A DNA stretch of 62,885 bases, filler included, from Circinaria calcarea (GCA_051942165.1; 52 parts of 52 records of this genome joined end to end with filler, not necessarily neighbours in it); one strand, 5' to 3'; numbered from the whole stretch's first letter, positions 12,216 through 24,371 are shown. Notes: generated from the letters alone by a model not told the origin. A program made the numbers and translations.

Positions 12216-12884
12216 CTTCATCGCCTGCTCTTCGCCGACGCCAAAACCCGATTCATCCATATTCCACACGTTCGAGAGATCGTAGGAATGTTCCTGAAAT
12301 TTCTCTTCGATTGCGTCAAACCAGCGATTCACCTTCTCCTGAGTTGCGCCTTCAAAGCGTGCATATTCTAACTGACGGGCGAATATATTACGAACCTTAG
12401 AGTGTCGATTAACAAAGCGATAAAGCCAGTTGGTGCCAATTGGGCGAAGTTCAATGCTGGCGGTGTGCTGGCTTGACGCGTGCCGAACGCGCTCGACTCG
12501 CAGGAGTTGCGCAAACTGTTTTAACAACGGATATGTTATAGGGGTTCCTGCGATAGTATATCGTTTAATCCATCGTATTAAAGTCGATTCTTCAGCGTCT
12601 GTAAGAATTCTCTGGAATTCCTGGCTCCGAGCCTTCGAAACACCACCGCGGAGCCTGCGGCTTAAGGTATCATGCGAGACTTCAAAGTGGCGCGCAGCAC
12701 CACGAATAGAGGAAAACTGCTTTTTAGAAATTGCAGTAATGGCCTCTGATATTTGAATTTCATATTGCTCGTTTTGAGACAGTTGATTATTAGACATTGG
12801 TGCGAAAAACTCGTGTCGCATATAACGCGCCAGGGAATCGTGTCGCAAACGGTGGTGTGTCGCAAAGGGTGGTGGAACACTCTA
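12216..12884 (-). mobile_element. 5' end of pogo/Fot1 (Tc1-mariner) DNA transposon: TA, terminus with TGCGACAC repeats, transposase from ATG 12797
   Basis: psq HTH (SIRGAARHFEVSHDTLSRRL), CENP-B HTH (LTDAEESTLIRWI; IGTNWLYRFVNRH) and WNMDESGF; terminus GAGTGTTCCACCACC abuts TA at 12883-12884. Confidence 0.93.
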
Positions 12885-13333
12885 ATTAATTCTGCGGCTC
12901 CGGATTTACAACCATAATATTATTAAATAGTTATATAATTCATTCAGCCTGCTGCATTACTTATATTTTTATGAATATTGAGTATATATAGTATATTAAA
13001 GCTATATATAATGATATTTAATATTCCGGCCTTTTATTCCCTTTTCTGAACTCATTAAAGGCCTTTTTTACCGTGTCAGTGACCTTGATATAAGCATTAT
13101 AGCTCCAGCGAGGTCAGAAACGCAGGAATATGGATTATTACAGCCTGATAGTAAGTCTTTCATGTCAGTGCTATTCTACAGGCATTTTTATATATAAAAA
13201 AACGTTGTTGCAAAATATAACTTTGGCTGGTTTGAAAATGATATGCGGCTAAAAATACGGCCGTGTCTCACGAATTTTGAAAACGACGATAAAGGTTTAT
13301 AGCGTTATCATTAATGCGTGATCTATCCTAATT
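12885..13333. repeat. AT-rich, probably RIP-degraded repeat relic flanking the pogo element
   Basis: TpA-rich, no intact ORF; family not identifiable. Confidence 0.45.
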
Positions 13334-13434
13334 NNNNNNNNNNNNNNNNNNNNNNNNNNNNNNNNNNNNNNNNNNNNTTAATTAATTAANNNNNNNNNNN
13401 NNNNNNNNNNNNNNNNNNNNNNNNNNNNNNNNNC

Positions 13435-13605
13435 GACCAGCAGACCACACCCCGCGATGGACGTTCTACCGCAGGCGTCTCCAGCGCCGGCACCCCCATG
13501 GCCTCGGGAGCGATCAATGGCCAAAAGCTCAAACTTACATTCAACGGTAACGGCAACAGTGGCGGTTACGGGAACGGCGGAGTAATAAACGGGCACGATA
13601 GGTAG
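13435..13605 (+). CDS. C-terminal fragment, possibly of the RSC ATPase Sth1/Snf21
   Basis: DGRSTAGVSSAGTPMASGAINGQKLKLTFNGNG...*; the KLKLTFN tail is recalled from Pezizomycotina Sth1 orthologues. Confidence 0.45.
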   Translation, partial: DQQTTPRDGRSTAGVSSAGTPMASGAINGQKLKLTFNGNGNSGGYGNGGVINGHDR

Positions 13606-15867
13606 GTTAACCCACCAATGAAAGAACGTGTGCTCGGAGCGATTACGGTCGCGAAATTTATTTTTTCTTTGATGTAGAACAAGAAACTAGGGAATAAGAC
13701 AAAGTGAATTGAAAGCATTTGGAGGCAGCGAGGTTTGGGGCATTTTCGGATTACGTGCCACGTGAGGCAGTTGTTCATTCACGAATCGAACTGACTTCGA
13801 ATCGAAATCGGGGTATCCTTGGAGGAGTCGGTCCAATTTTGCAGGTTGGCGTGTTCTACGGTGCTATCATGGGAAAAGAAGGAATGGACGATTTTGCAGT
13901 CGCCCATGGCTCTACTTGCGCAAAGCACCTATATGCTTTGGAAGAACTTAGTAGAGCAGGATTGGGAGTGTGTCCACTGACACCGAATGGAGAGAATGCG
14001 CAAAAAGGGAGGGACGGGGTGGCCCGATGTTATCTTTAACAACGCGAAATCGTGGAGGACACTGCAGAATCATGTAGGTAGATATATTCCTGAACCGATG
14101 GAATGATCGTTTCTTCGAATCCTATTCCTACTTGCGTAGCGATACCTAGTTCAAGTACCTAGGGTCGAAGAGGGAATTGTAGAATGTAACCACACAAAAA
14201 TCCACAATCCAAAAGTTCCCAGCTAGCTAGCTCAGCTCCAGGAATCTTCAAGTTATAAAAGTGCGAAAGGAAATAGGCTGTTCCACTATGCCCCTAAGGT
14301 ATAGATAGGCAAAAGACGCTGACTGTCGAGAATAGGTTTTCGAGGCTCCCCGAAACAGTGAAAGAATCAGAGAGTTATGTAGCACGCATACAAAAGGTCA
14401 TGTCGTTAATAGAGAATTAAAAATCCTGCTGCCGAACAAATGTCATTCTGCTCTGCTCTGGCTGTGTGTATGTGTATGTGTATGTTATGAATCATGTATC
14501 TTGTATCCTCTCTCTCCTCCCCTCCAGCCCTGCCTTGCCCTGCCCTGCCCNNNNNNNNNNNNNNNNNNNNNNNNNNNNNNNNNNNNNNNNNNNNTTAATT
14601 AATTAANNNNNNNNNNNNNNNNNNNNNNNNNNNNNNNNNNNNNNNNNNNNCAGCGTGTGGGGCGTAAAAAATAAATAAATATGGGAAAATAAAACTTTCG
14701 TTATCCGAGCGGATATTTTTATAGATTCCCCCCCCCTTTATTTGTTATGGTACCTTGGGGAGAATAGGTTGGTTGGTTAGTAGTAGAAAGGCTTTTTCTT
14801 TCCGGTTTTCGGTTTATACACCACTGCATGCGAAGAAACCCGTTTTTTTTTTTATCTATCTATCCCCAAGTTTTTGGAAATCTCTTTTTCCTTTTTTGTG
14901 GAATTCTCCCCACGTTTATTAGTATGGTAGACATGGAATCGATTGGTTGGCTCCCCCCTTCCTACTTTTTTTGTTTTTTTTTCTCTTCCCAATCCTGCGT
15001 TCCCCCTCTCCCAGAATCTGAAGGGGGAAAAAAGGAGAAGAAAAAACTGATTGAGAATCTGGACCGCTGGAAACAGTTTGAGGATTTTCTTGAACTACCT
15101 TTTCTCCACGTTGTAATAGATGGATCTATCAGTTCCCATCCCTTACATCCTATCGAGAGAGAGGGGGGGGGGAGGCGCTTAATATCCGCAGGACTTTTTT
15201 AGATTCAAAAAAACTCGTGATTCCCCCCCTTTTTTCGACAATTGTACGGGGACGAACGCCGCTGGGATTTTTTTTCCCAAGTAGGTTAAGCCAGCAGCTT
15301 CTAGTAGGGCATTTTCTTTCAGCCCTTAGCCTCTTACGGACCTTTCTGTGCTATATTCAGGATAAATCCTGCTAGGGGTTTAGCGCCACACGTCTGAGAG
15401 CTGAGGCAATCTGAGACTTTCTTGCAAATCTGTATAGGCCATTCCGCCATCTATTAGCGATTTACATATAAACCGCGCCGCTATCTATTAGCTGTAGGTG
15501 ATAACGAGGCTGCCGGCGGTATTGACACGAACGATGCCACGGTACCATGCGGGGAATTATATATTAGTTTTGGGCTCTTGCAGAATAAGGTGCGAAAGGA
15601 GACACATTCTCCGGGCAAGGCAACGAATACGGTGTTCGGTTTTCTTGGAATTCGCAAGTAGCTGAATTACTAGCTGTACCGTTTTTACTCGCTGCTTGCT
15701 TCCACTGCCAAACTACTCGGCAAGATCCAAATCGATCGACATGCCCGTAACGCTATCAGTTAAAAGGNNNNNNNNNNNNNNNNNNNNNNNNNNNNNNNNN
15801 NNNNNNNNNNNTTAATTAATTAANNNNNNNNNNNNNNNNNNNNNNNNNNNNNNNNNNNNNNNNNNNN

Positions 15868-16983
15868 GAACACGGTCTATAAGCATGCTATTCTAAAGAG
15901 CGGGAATAGCCTGCTATATATAATGCCCTGCTCACCCTGCTTATTTTATTTATCTCCCTGAGCATTATAAGCATACTGAGCACCTTAATAATATAAATTC
16001 TTCCGGCCCGCGGTTTTTCCCGACCCAATTTAACGTATATTATGGCGGGCATGTTATAATATAAGCTCCCCCTCAAGGATTTACGTCTCGAAAATCAATC
16101 CTGTCTTCTTTTATTATGATAAAAAGAAAACGAGTTTTTATAAATAGTATTAAATATCGTCGGAACCTATTTTCGCGTAATATTCTTTCAAGGCTAATTA
16201 TATATCCTTGCGAGAATTATACAGCTGTTATCTTTTCTCGATTTTATCGCGTTTCATCTAAATTTAATAAGTGTACGGAGTGCGTGCGTTTAAACGTCCG
16301 TTATAATTTAATTATTATTAACGAGGATTAGAAACGTAATAATCATAAAATAATACGCCTTTAATATAAATTCTATAATATTGATATGGAGCTGCGTGAA
16401 GCGGAGGAGCGAGCTGCCGTTGTAATAATAAAAATATTTTATTTACGAAAATAATTTAAATTGTAAAATAAAAAAGAACAGAAACTAATGGCCCGCGAAT
16501 TATAAAATATCGAGAAGCTCGAGAAGAATGAGGCTTTGGCCAGCGTTTTACCTATTTTACCGGATAATTTTCTTTCCGTTCTTCCGCCTACCTTTTGGGG
16601 GAGTCTCGCCTTTTTTTCTATTTTTTAAACTTCTTTAGAATCTCCGGGTAATTAAGGTGTACCGTTAATTTTTATATATTTTTTTCTTATAAATATTTTA
16701 TTTATTTAATTAAGTATTATTTTTATTTTCTAATAATTCTTAAATTTAATATATTCTCTACCACGTATTCTTGTTCCTGGCTTTCTGGGTTAATATTCGA
16801 CGGATTTATTTATATTAACGTATCCGAGTCTGCTGGCTCTAAAAATAATACGTGGAATATTAAATATATTTTTATTTTAGATAGTAAATCGAGTTCGAAA
16901 TTTATTAATTCTTTAATTTTTTTAATCCGAAAAAATTTTATTTTTATATAATCTAATTTATTATTAGGTCGTATAATTTTGAT
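15868..16983 (-). mobile_element. RIP-degraded Ty3/gypsy chromovirus 3' end: integrase GPY/F region, chromodomain, PPT and 3' LTR
   Basis: Minus strand RPNNKLDYIK..NFELDL..IYLIFHVLFLEPAD..EYVVENILNLR..YLIK*..HLNYPEILKKF; PPT GAGGGGGA at 16067-16074 followed by TATTATAAC (probable RIPed TGTTA LTR start). Confidence 0.85.
16116..16655 (+). pseudogene. RIP-inactivated antisense accessory ORF (Cys6-like cluster plus coiled coil) inside the chromovirus
   Basis: One frame of 180 codons with six TAA/TAG stops; PCENY..RFY..KCTECVRLNVRYNL then ELREAEERAA..LRK*..EQKLMAREL*NIEKLEK. Confidence 0.65.
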
Positions 16984-17329
16984 NNNNNNNNNNNNNNNNN
17001 NNNNNNNNNNNNNNNNNNNNNNNNNNNTTAATTAATTAANNNNNNNNNNNNNNNNNNNNNNNNNNNNNNNNNNNNNNNNNNNNATCAAACGCCGTCGGCC
17101 ACCAAAAGGAGCTCCCTTATAACGAACGATTATACGGCCAAAAACTAAATTCTTTTAAGGCAAATAAAATTTAAAGTGAAAACCACATAGAATTTTGGTG
17201 TCGGATCGGAATGTTCCCGCCGAACAACCTCATTCCACTTATTCTTCGTTTGAGGGCACGCTCATATTGGGTCCTTTTGTGACCAATAATTGGTTATGGG
17301 GGTATGCATCCCTTATGCAGTCTGACTTG

Positions 17330-18083
17330 CATGGTCTCCGGGCTTCGCGTGTTAGTGCAATCATCCCGTTGCGTCTTCTCGCGCAACGTACCGTAGCTGC
17401 CAGCTGTTCTTTTATCCTCTTTATCTCCATGGTAATTGGGGTGCTGATTTATTACCTCCCCTTTTATTTCCAAGCTGTTTCAGGCTTGAGCGCGCATGTC
17501 TCGGAAATTCGAGATTTACCGTTTCTGATTTCTCTGCTTTTTGCTCCGATGATTAGCCGTATACTGATTACTGCTTTTGGCTTTTACGTCCCCTTTATGT
17601 GGCTGGGTGCCACTCTCGTAACGATTGGCTCAGGCTTTCTGTTTACCTTGCAGGTGGACAGCCCCACTGCCGCAATGATAGGCTACCAGTTTCTTGCCGG
17701 CTTGGGTGCCGGTATAGCAAACCAGATTCCTTTCAACGCCGTGCAACTCGTCCTTCCAAAAGAGCAAATGATCATGGGTAGCGCTCTCGTCAGTTTCTGC
17801 AATAGCCTTGGTCCAATTCTAGGGATTAGCGTTGCGCAAGTTACGTTCGCCGGCTCGTTTTTGCGGCGTCTGCGGCTTGCACTGGGCATCGATGCAGCTA
17901 CAGTCATCCGCACCGGGCCCACAAATATAGCAGCCGTGGTGCCACTGACACTTTTTGCTGGTAGTACGGGAGACATCCAGCCATGCACTCACAAGGGTTT
18001 TTATCCTGGCAATTATCGGTGGCGGCCTTGCTCTCTGCAGCAGCCTAGCAATGGAATGCGGAAATATCAAGCACAAAAGATAA
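17330..18083 (+). pseudogene. DHA2-type (14-TM) MFS efflux transporter, C-terminal half, frameshifted and 5'-degenerate
   Basis: IPLRLLAQRTVAASC, YYLPFYFQAVSG, GYQFLAGLGAG; an extra T in the run at 17952-17956 hides ALTRVFILAIIGGGLALCSSLAMECGNIK*. Confidence 0.8.
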
Positions 18084-18298
18084 TCATGTTCAAGTGTGGT
18101 GTCATGCTTGAAAATAGCCGTCTAGCCTTTCTCATGAATCCTTGTCCGCTCGGATCACACTGCATAGGTAGATATTTGCTAGCCGGGATATATTATTTNN
18201 NNNNNNNNNNNNNNNNNNNNNNNNNNNNNNNNNNNNNNNNNNTTAATTAATTAANNNNNNNNNNNNNNNNNNNNNNNNNNNNNNNNNNNNNNNNNNNN

Positions 18299-19413
18299 CC
18301 TCAATTGCCGAACTCGTCACTCCCAAAGCCAAATCCCGTCCCGAGTTCATCGAGGAATGCCGCCGTGGAGCTCTCGATGGAGTGGTTGCTGTATACAGAA
18401 CATTCAATAGTGCAAGTATAACGGGTAAATGGGATGAGGAGCTATGCAAGGCTCTGCCGAAGAGCCTGAAGTTTGTTTGCCATAATGGTGAGTTTTGGTT
18501 GAGGGGTTTTCCTTTTGTGAATTCAAGGTAGAGAAAAATGGAGAAGACGGCGTTTTCCGTAATCAGGAGGTTCAACTGGTGCGGGAGTGTCAATTTATCA
18601 ATGTGCTTGAATGTTGTTATAATTTGCTCAACACTTCCGTCTTCTACGCTGCCTTATTGGATCGTTCTCATGGTCCAAAACATGTCGATTTCATCCAACA
18701 AATTCCATTTTTTACACCCAAGAAAAGAAGAAGAGATTAACAGGCTCCCCCGTTACCCAGGCGCCGGCTATGATCAAATCGATATCCCTGCCTGCACCGC
18801 CCATGGCATCCATGTCTCCAACACTCCCACCGCTGTCGATGATGCCACAGCCGACACAGCCGTTTTTCTCATCCTGGGCGCCCTTCGTAAATTCAATGCC
18901 CCAATGATTGCTCTTCGCACCAACGCCTGGCGCGGGAATCCTTCCCCGCCTCTCGGCCACGATCCCAAAGGTAAAGTCCTCGGCATCTTGGGTATGGGTG
19001 GGATAGGTCGGAACCTCAAGACGAAAATGGAGGCGTTTGGCATGAGAGTTCAGTACCACAATCGGCACGAGATGAGTGAGGAGAAGAGCGGAGGGGCAAG
19101 ATATGTCGGGTTCGAAGAGTTGTTGAAGACAAGCGATGTCATTTCCCTGAACCTGCCCCTGAACGTAAGCCCCATCCTCCATTCCCCCCTCACTTTTCCC
19201 CTCTCCTGCACTAACCCCGGCTTTTCCTCTGCGTAAAAAGCCCCACACAACCCACATCCTCTCGACCTCCCAATTCGCCCTTATGAAACCTGGCGTCATC
19301 ATCGTCAACACGGCCCGCGGCGCAGTCATGGACGAGGCCGCGCTCGTCAAAGCCCTTGATGAGGGTGTCGTTGCCTCGGTAGGTCTAGATGTCTACGAGG
19401 AGGAACCGAGCGT
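18299..19413 (+). CDS. D-isomer-specific 2-hydroxyacid dehydrogenase (glyoxylate reductase GOR1-like), internal part; introns 18488-18760 and 19165-19240
   Basis: Spliced LKFVCHN/GAGYDQID, GKVLGILGMGGIG, DVISLNLPLN/PHTTHIL, NTARGAVMDE, GLDVYEEEP. Confidence 0.93.
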
Positions 19414-19802
19414 NNNNNNNNNNNNNNNNNNNNNNNNNNNNNNNNNNNNNNNNNNNNTTAATTAATTAANNNNNNNNNNNNNNNNNNNNNNNNNNNNNNN
19501 NNNNNNNNNNNNNAGATCGGGTAATATAATATGAAGAAAAATATATAATATTGCCGTTTATTTATGCTCTGGTGGTTTAATAATTTTTCGGTTTAATTAT
19601 TAAAATAATTAATAATAATCCAGCGCGAGAGTAAATTCTATTTTATAATAACGAAGGAGAGAGCGAAAGGTCGTGGATACTTTATATTATTATAATAGAG
19701 AACTACTAATTTTCGTCAGGGCAATGAAATAATATAGATTGCGTTTTATATAAAATAAAGAAAAGCAAGTTTATCTTATAAATTATATCCCATTCGTACT
19801 TA

Positions 19803-20628
19803 TTGAAGTATACCTAGGCATTAATAGATCTTTAAGTATTAAAGGCTTATGTAAGTCGAGTAGCGATATGGTTGAGCAGAAGCTCCTTATTAAGTTACTC
19901 CCACCTTCCCATCTCTAAAGGTCCACCAAACCACTGGTGCGCCTCCACTAAATGCTATTCCTTGGTACGGCACCCTGCCCTTATATACCCAGGGGCGTAC
20001 TCCGTAAGGCGCAAAGACGGTACTCCGTATATAATGCAGACGCACATGCACAAGCACCAGCTCACGTCCGATAGGTCATAGACTCTAAATATCTACCCTA
20101 GGCAGAACCTATCAACTCCCATCGAGTAACCTAGTTCTTTGAACGCCGTATTTGCCATATGTAGCTCGAACGATCGCCACTTCTTTCTCATCCATTCGGA
20201 GTTGTGGGAAAGTGCGGCGGCTTGGTGTTCGAAGCTGTGATGTGGCGGGTGCTTGGAGGAGGGATAGCGGGGGTGGAGGGAAGGGTGGTTAGGTACTTCG
20301 CCTGCAATTAATGAAGTATACTTAGGTACCGATAGATCTTTAAGTATTAAAGACTTATAAGGAGCGATGAAGGAGCTTATAAATTATTTTTATCTTCCTA
20401 CCTCCCTATTTTCAACGGTCCATTTAAATACTAGCGCGCTTCTATTGAAACCCCGCTCTTAATACGGCATCTGTTATGGCGCCAGCACCATAGCATGCAC
20501 TAGGGACAAAAGGAGTTAGGTACCGGGGGTACTAGGGACCGAACTCCGGGTTGCTTACGATGCCGCTCTGTGTAACCATAGGGAGCATGGGAACCAAGGG
20601 TTTGCTCACCATGGGCAGGACGGGAGCA
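19803..20628. mobile_element. Stack of degraded LTR-like repeats (two diverged ~170-bp copies plus a TGTTA-initiated element at 20472)
   Basis: TGAAGTATAC.TAGG....ATAGATCTTTAAGTATTAAAG.CTTAT occurs at ~19804 and ~20313 with co-linear similarity to TACGGCA; RIP-like TpA excess. Confidence 0.6.
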
Positions 20629-20728
20629 NNNNNNNNNNNNNNNNNNNNNNNNNNNNNNNNNNNNNNNNNNNNTTAATTAATTAANNNNNNNNNNNNNNNN
20701 NNNNNNNNNNNNNNNNNNNNNNNNNNNN

Positions 20729-21469
20729 TGGTATTGCCACTGCGATTTATCATCAACGATCGTTCGCATAGAAAGGTAAGGCTTTAGATTTCCTTACTTG
20801 AAGCCATATTGATCGCGCGCAGGACATTGTGCCAATTCGACAATACTGCAGCGACCGCTGTCGAACACATCTCATCAGCGCCATAACTTCAAAAGCATAA
20901 TGACACGGCTTTACAAAGACAGCACCATTTAATCTCAACTTAATCACTCTTCGATCTTAACAGTAAGGATCAACCCAATATCTAAAGGAAGAGACCGGTC
21001 GATTTCAACAAGAAGTCCAATTAAAAGGCAACAACAGAAGCAGTTCGACACAGTCTAGCGCCATCGAAAAGAGTTACGCCAGCTTCAACAAAAGAAGGGC
21101 CATCAAACCAGAGCAAGAGTAAAAACCTAATGCGGCAAGAGAGAATATCCAACTCCAACAGGAGAAGGCATTTAGTAGTAGCAAGGAAAAGTAGCTGAAT
21201 CCGAATAGGAATAGGAAGGTCAACTCATAGGAAGAAACAGTCAACATACCTTCTGTGCCATCCGAAAGGGTAGCCAGCTTCTGTTCTAGACTCTGCATCT
21301 GCTCTGCCAATCCTGCACTGAGATCGCGCAGCTGCTTGAGACTCTCCAACTCTGCTCTCTTTTCATTGATACGCGCCACTAAGACTGGGGATTGGCCTGC
21401 AGCATTCTGAGAGCCACCAATTGAGGGGTGTCGAAGATTAGAAGTAAGAGCACGGGTTTGGTAAGACAT
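20729..21469 (-). CDS. DAD2: DASH/Dam1 kinetochore complex subunit Dad2; exons 21469-21250, 20857-20798, 20739-edge
   Basis: LVARINEKRAELESLKQLRDLS..LATLSDGTE/AVAAVLSNWHNVLRAINMAS/MAIP with canonical GT..AG boundaries. Confidence 0.92.
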
Positions 21470-22895
21470 GTTGTCCTAACAATGGAACTTTGGATGGCAG
21501 TTTGGGTATTCAGCTATGGGACAGCGATGCTAGTCTTAGGCTTCTTCCTAGGGATGAGAGTCATCGTGTTGAAGCCTTCGAGGAATCATTCAAATCAGAT
21601 GAATTGGTGTGAAGACATACATCTACATACTCCCCCGGTCAAAGGACTGAAGTGTCGTTGGAATAAACGCTTCTGCCAAGGCGCTACGGCTGCAATCATC
21701 AAGCCGTTCCGTCTTGCGACGGGATCGTTCCGCTTTGTTTACATTGTTATTTTCTGTATCCTAGTTTATGGAAAGGCAATCTTATCAACAATCTACTCAT
21801 GGTTCTGGTTTGAGATTCCTCCTGGCCCCATGGCACGGCTCAANNNNNNNNNNNNNNNNNNNNNNNNNNNNNNNNNNNNNNNNNNNNTTAATTAATTAAN
21901 NNNNNNNNNNNNNNNNNNNNNNNNNNNNNNNNNNNNNNNNNNNGCCATTGTATCGGGGGCCTTTTGCTGGAGAGGTTCGTTTTGCTTTGGATGCCAAAAA
22001 GGGGGTGGGAAATCCGAGGGGGCGATCGCTGTGCTGTGCCCCTGTTTGGTACAATGTAAATTTACTACTACAGGGTTTCACCTGGAATAAATAAATAGAA
22101 CTGGGTAATTATACTTTTGACGACATTTCCTACCTCCCACTCTAGTGGGTTCACTGCTGTAACTCTCTAAAGCCTAGGGTCTCTATTTGGCAGGTAAGAT
22201 AAGCAAAAGCAGAAAGGAGCAATGGCACCGGCTTTGCCTTGCGAGTACACCAGGTATATATTTCCAATGGTATCAAAGACAGCTTTTCCGCATATACCAT
22301 GCTTTCCCTTTTCCCTTCCAGACTCGTCATGATAATTCTCTGCATCAAAAGAACCTTTTGCACTGGCTTGCAGCTCGCAGCCTCGAAGCATAATATACGG
22401 GTATGCGAGAAATCCCCCCTTTTTCTTTCCCCTTCCCGGAAAACAAAACAAAACAAAACAAAACCCAGGCAGAATTAATCCTTCTTTCTTCTCCTCCCCA
22501 ACCCCCCTTTCCTTACGTCCGGTCCCCGGATCCAGGGCACACTCTCTCTCTCTCTTTCTCTCTTCCAAACTTCTCCCCTCATCAAATATTGCTTACCACT
22601 GCCTATAATTCCACCCTAATACATTATCCATCGACAACAACATTTCCCATCAAACGACAGCGATTGCAAAAACCCCCATTGGACTGATACCCAAGGAAAG
22701 CAAACGGATGGGTTCCACCGGCTTGGGAGATATGGTCCAGGGTACTATTTTGCCTTCCTGGGCAGGAAAAGCAAGATACTTGGCCGAATGTGGGGAGAGT
22801 GGCGGCACATGAGGGGGTGATATGGAAAGGGGGATGCAAAAGGGGGTTATGAGTCTGAGGGCGAATATGCTCGTTTCGGTTGAGCGGGAAGGGGA

Positions 22896-23057
22896 TTATT
22901 TCCCAGTTGCAGAAGGATCTGACGGTGACTCTATTACAATCGGGAGGGCGGAATCCAAGTCCGTGGGTGGAGAGGGGCCATTGATTGGTGGGGTGGAATT
23001 GGCGGAAGACTGTTTTGTGGAAGGAGTCGTGGATAAATCTGCATCGAGTCTATGAGT
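22896..23057 (-). CDS. Possible 3' fragment of a Ser/Pro-rich protein
   Basis: Frame open from the edge: THRLDADLSTTPSTKQSSANSTPPINGPSPP...ATGK*. Confidence 0.35.
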   Translation of the reverse strand, partial: THRLDADLSTTPSTKQSSANSTPPINGPSPPTDLDSALPIVIESPSDPSATGK

Positions 23058-23157
23058 NNNNNNNNNNNNNNNNNNNNNNNNNNNNNNNNNNNNNNNNNNN
23101 NTTAATTAATTAANNNNNNNNNNNNNNNNNNNNNNNNNNNNNNNNNNNNNNNNNNNN

Positions 23158-23372
23158 GGATGAGATGATCCTCTTCTTGGAGCGGCGGTAGCTTCTGCTT
23201 CCCTTTGTGCTTCTCTTGCCTTGTCCGAATCCACAGTGTTCTGCGAGGGGTCTGGTACGAGGGGACCTTGTGAGTGACCGGATCGAGGGTTAAAGTAGCC
23301 ATCGGTCGGGCTGAGCTCACTCATCATTGACTCGTGATCCGAGTCGTCGTAGAGCCCTGAGCTGGCACGCAT
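23158..23372 (-). CDS. N-terminus of a conserved fungal hypothetical protein
   Basis: MRASSGLYDDSDHESMMSELSPTDGYF...VPDPS...DKAREA, open to the contig edge. Confidence 0.55.
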
Positions 23373-24371
23373 TTCAGCGAGCACGACGTAAACGACTGAC
23401 TCCGAATTGGTAAGCTATCGGTGGTGAAGGGCCAGCGTTCCACGTAGCTTTTACAATGCTTCCTTGACCGATACCATCGGGGGGGACCATTACGATCAGT
23501 AGGCACTCTCAGTGTCAGCCTGATATTTGCTGGTATGGTTGTCGTACGCCGCATTGACCCCGCCAACAGAAGCCCTGCGGATAGTCTGCCTATAGTATGA
23601 GGTACATTCACAAGATAAGGTAGCTTGCCAGCGTCCACTCAAAGAGAAGATGACGCCTCCCATGTTCGTCAGCCGGCGAAAGCGAACTCCGACGCTCATT
23701 GCGAAACCTGATTACGCAAGACTGTACGGAGTACGTACGTACGATAGATTGACCGATCAGATCATGGAGAAGGCACGGGGAAGATCTCATTCCTCTTGAA
23801 AAGCGATATCAAGGCAGAGTAGGTGTTTTGCCAGTATGTCATTTCCCAAGTCCATTGGTTGTCCAACCCTAGTTACAGTCCTACACTTCTTTGTTCTCGG
23901 ATATGCCACCCACCGTAGCACCTTCTCTCCCCAGAAATGAAAGGAACAAGCCTCAGCGCATTTTGAAATAGTGACATGTTCACTCTAAGCCGTAAACACA
24001 AACTAGATGCATCAACGTCCAACGCCATCGCTAATGTGGTATTGACATTACGTGCAGTGTCCAAATCTCTGACATTCCGCTTAAACCCCTTGCTCGAAAA
24101 CATTGAACTCAAGCCCAGCCCATATTCTCAAGGATGCTTTTCGTTTCATTTACAGCCATGCCGCTCACCCCCATCGCTCGTACTTGTGTTCCCCTTCTCA
24201 GCCGCTGCAATCCCACTGCGACCTTCCAACCTTCCTCTTCTTGCAGGACAAAGACGTACCGTTTCCCCTCCNNNNNNNNNNNNNNNNNNNNNNNNNNNNN
24301 NNNNNNNNNNNNNNNTTAATTAATTAANNNNNNNNNNNNNNNNNNNNNNNNNNNNNNNNNNNNNNNNNNNN

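Noticed and set aside
17084..17290. Possible mariner 5' end truncating the MFS gene
   Set aside because: Terminus lacks a clear CAGT/TA boundary and the coding similarity is marginal
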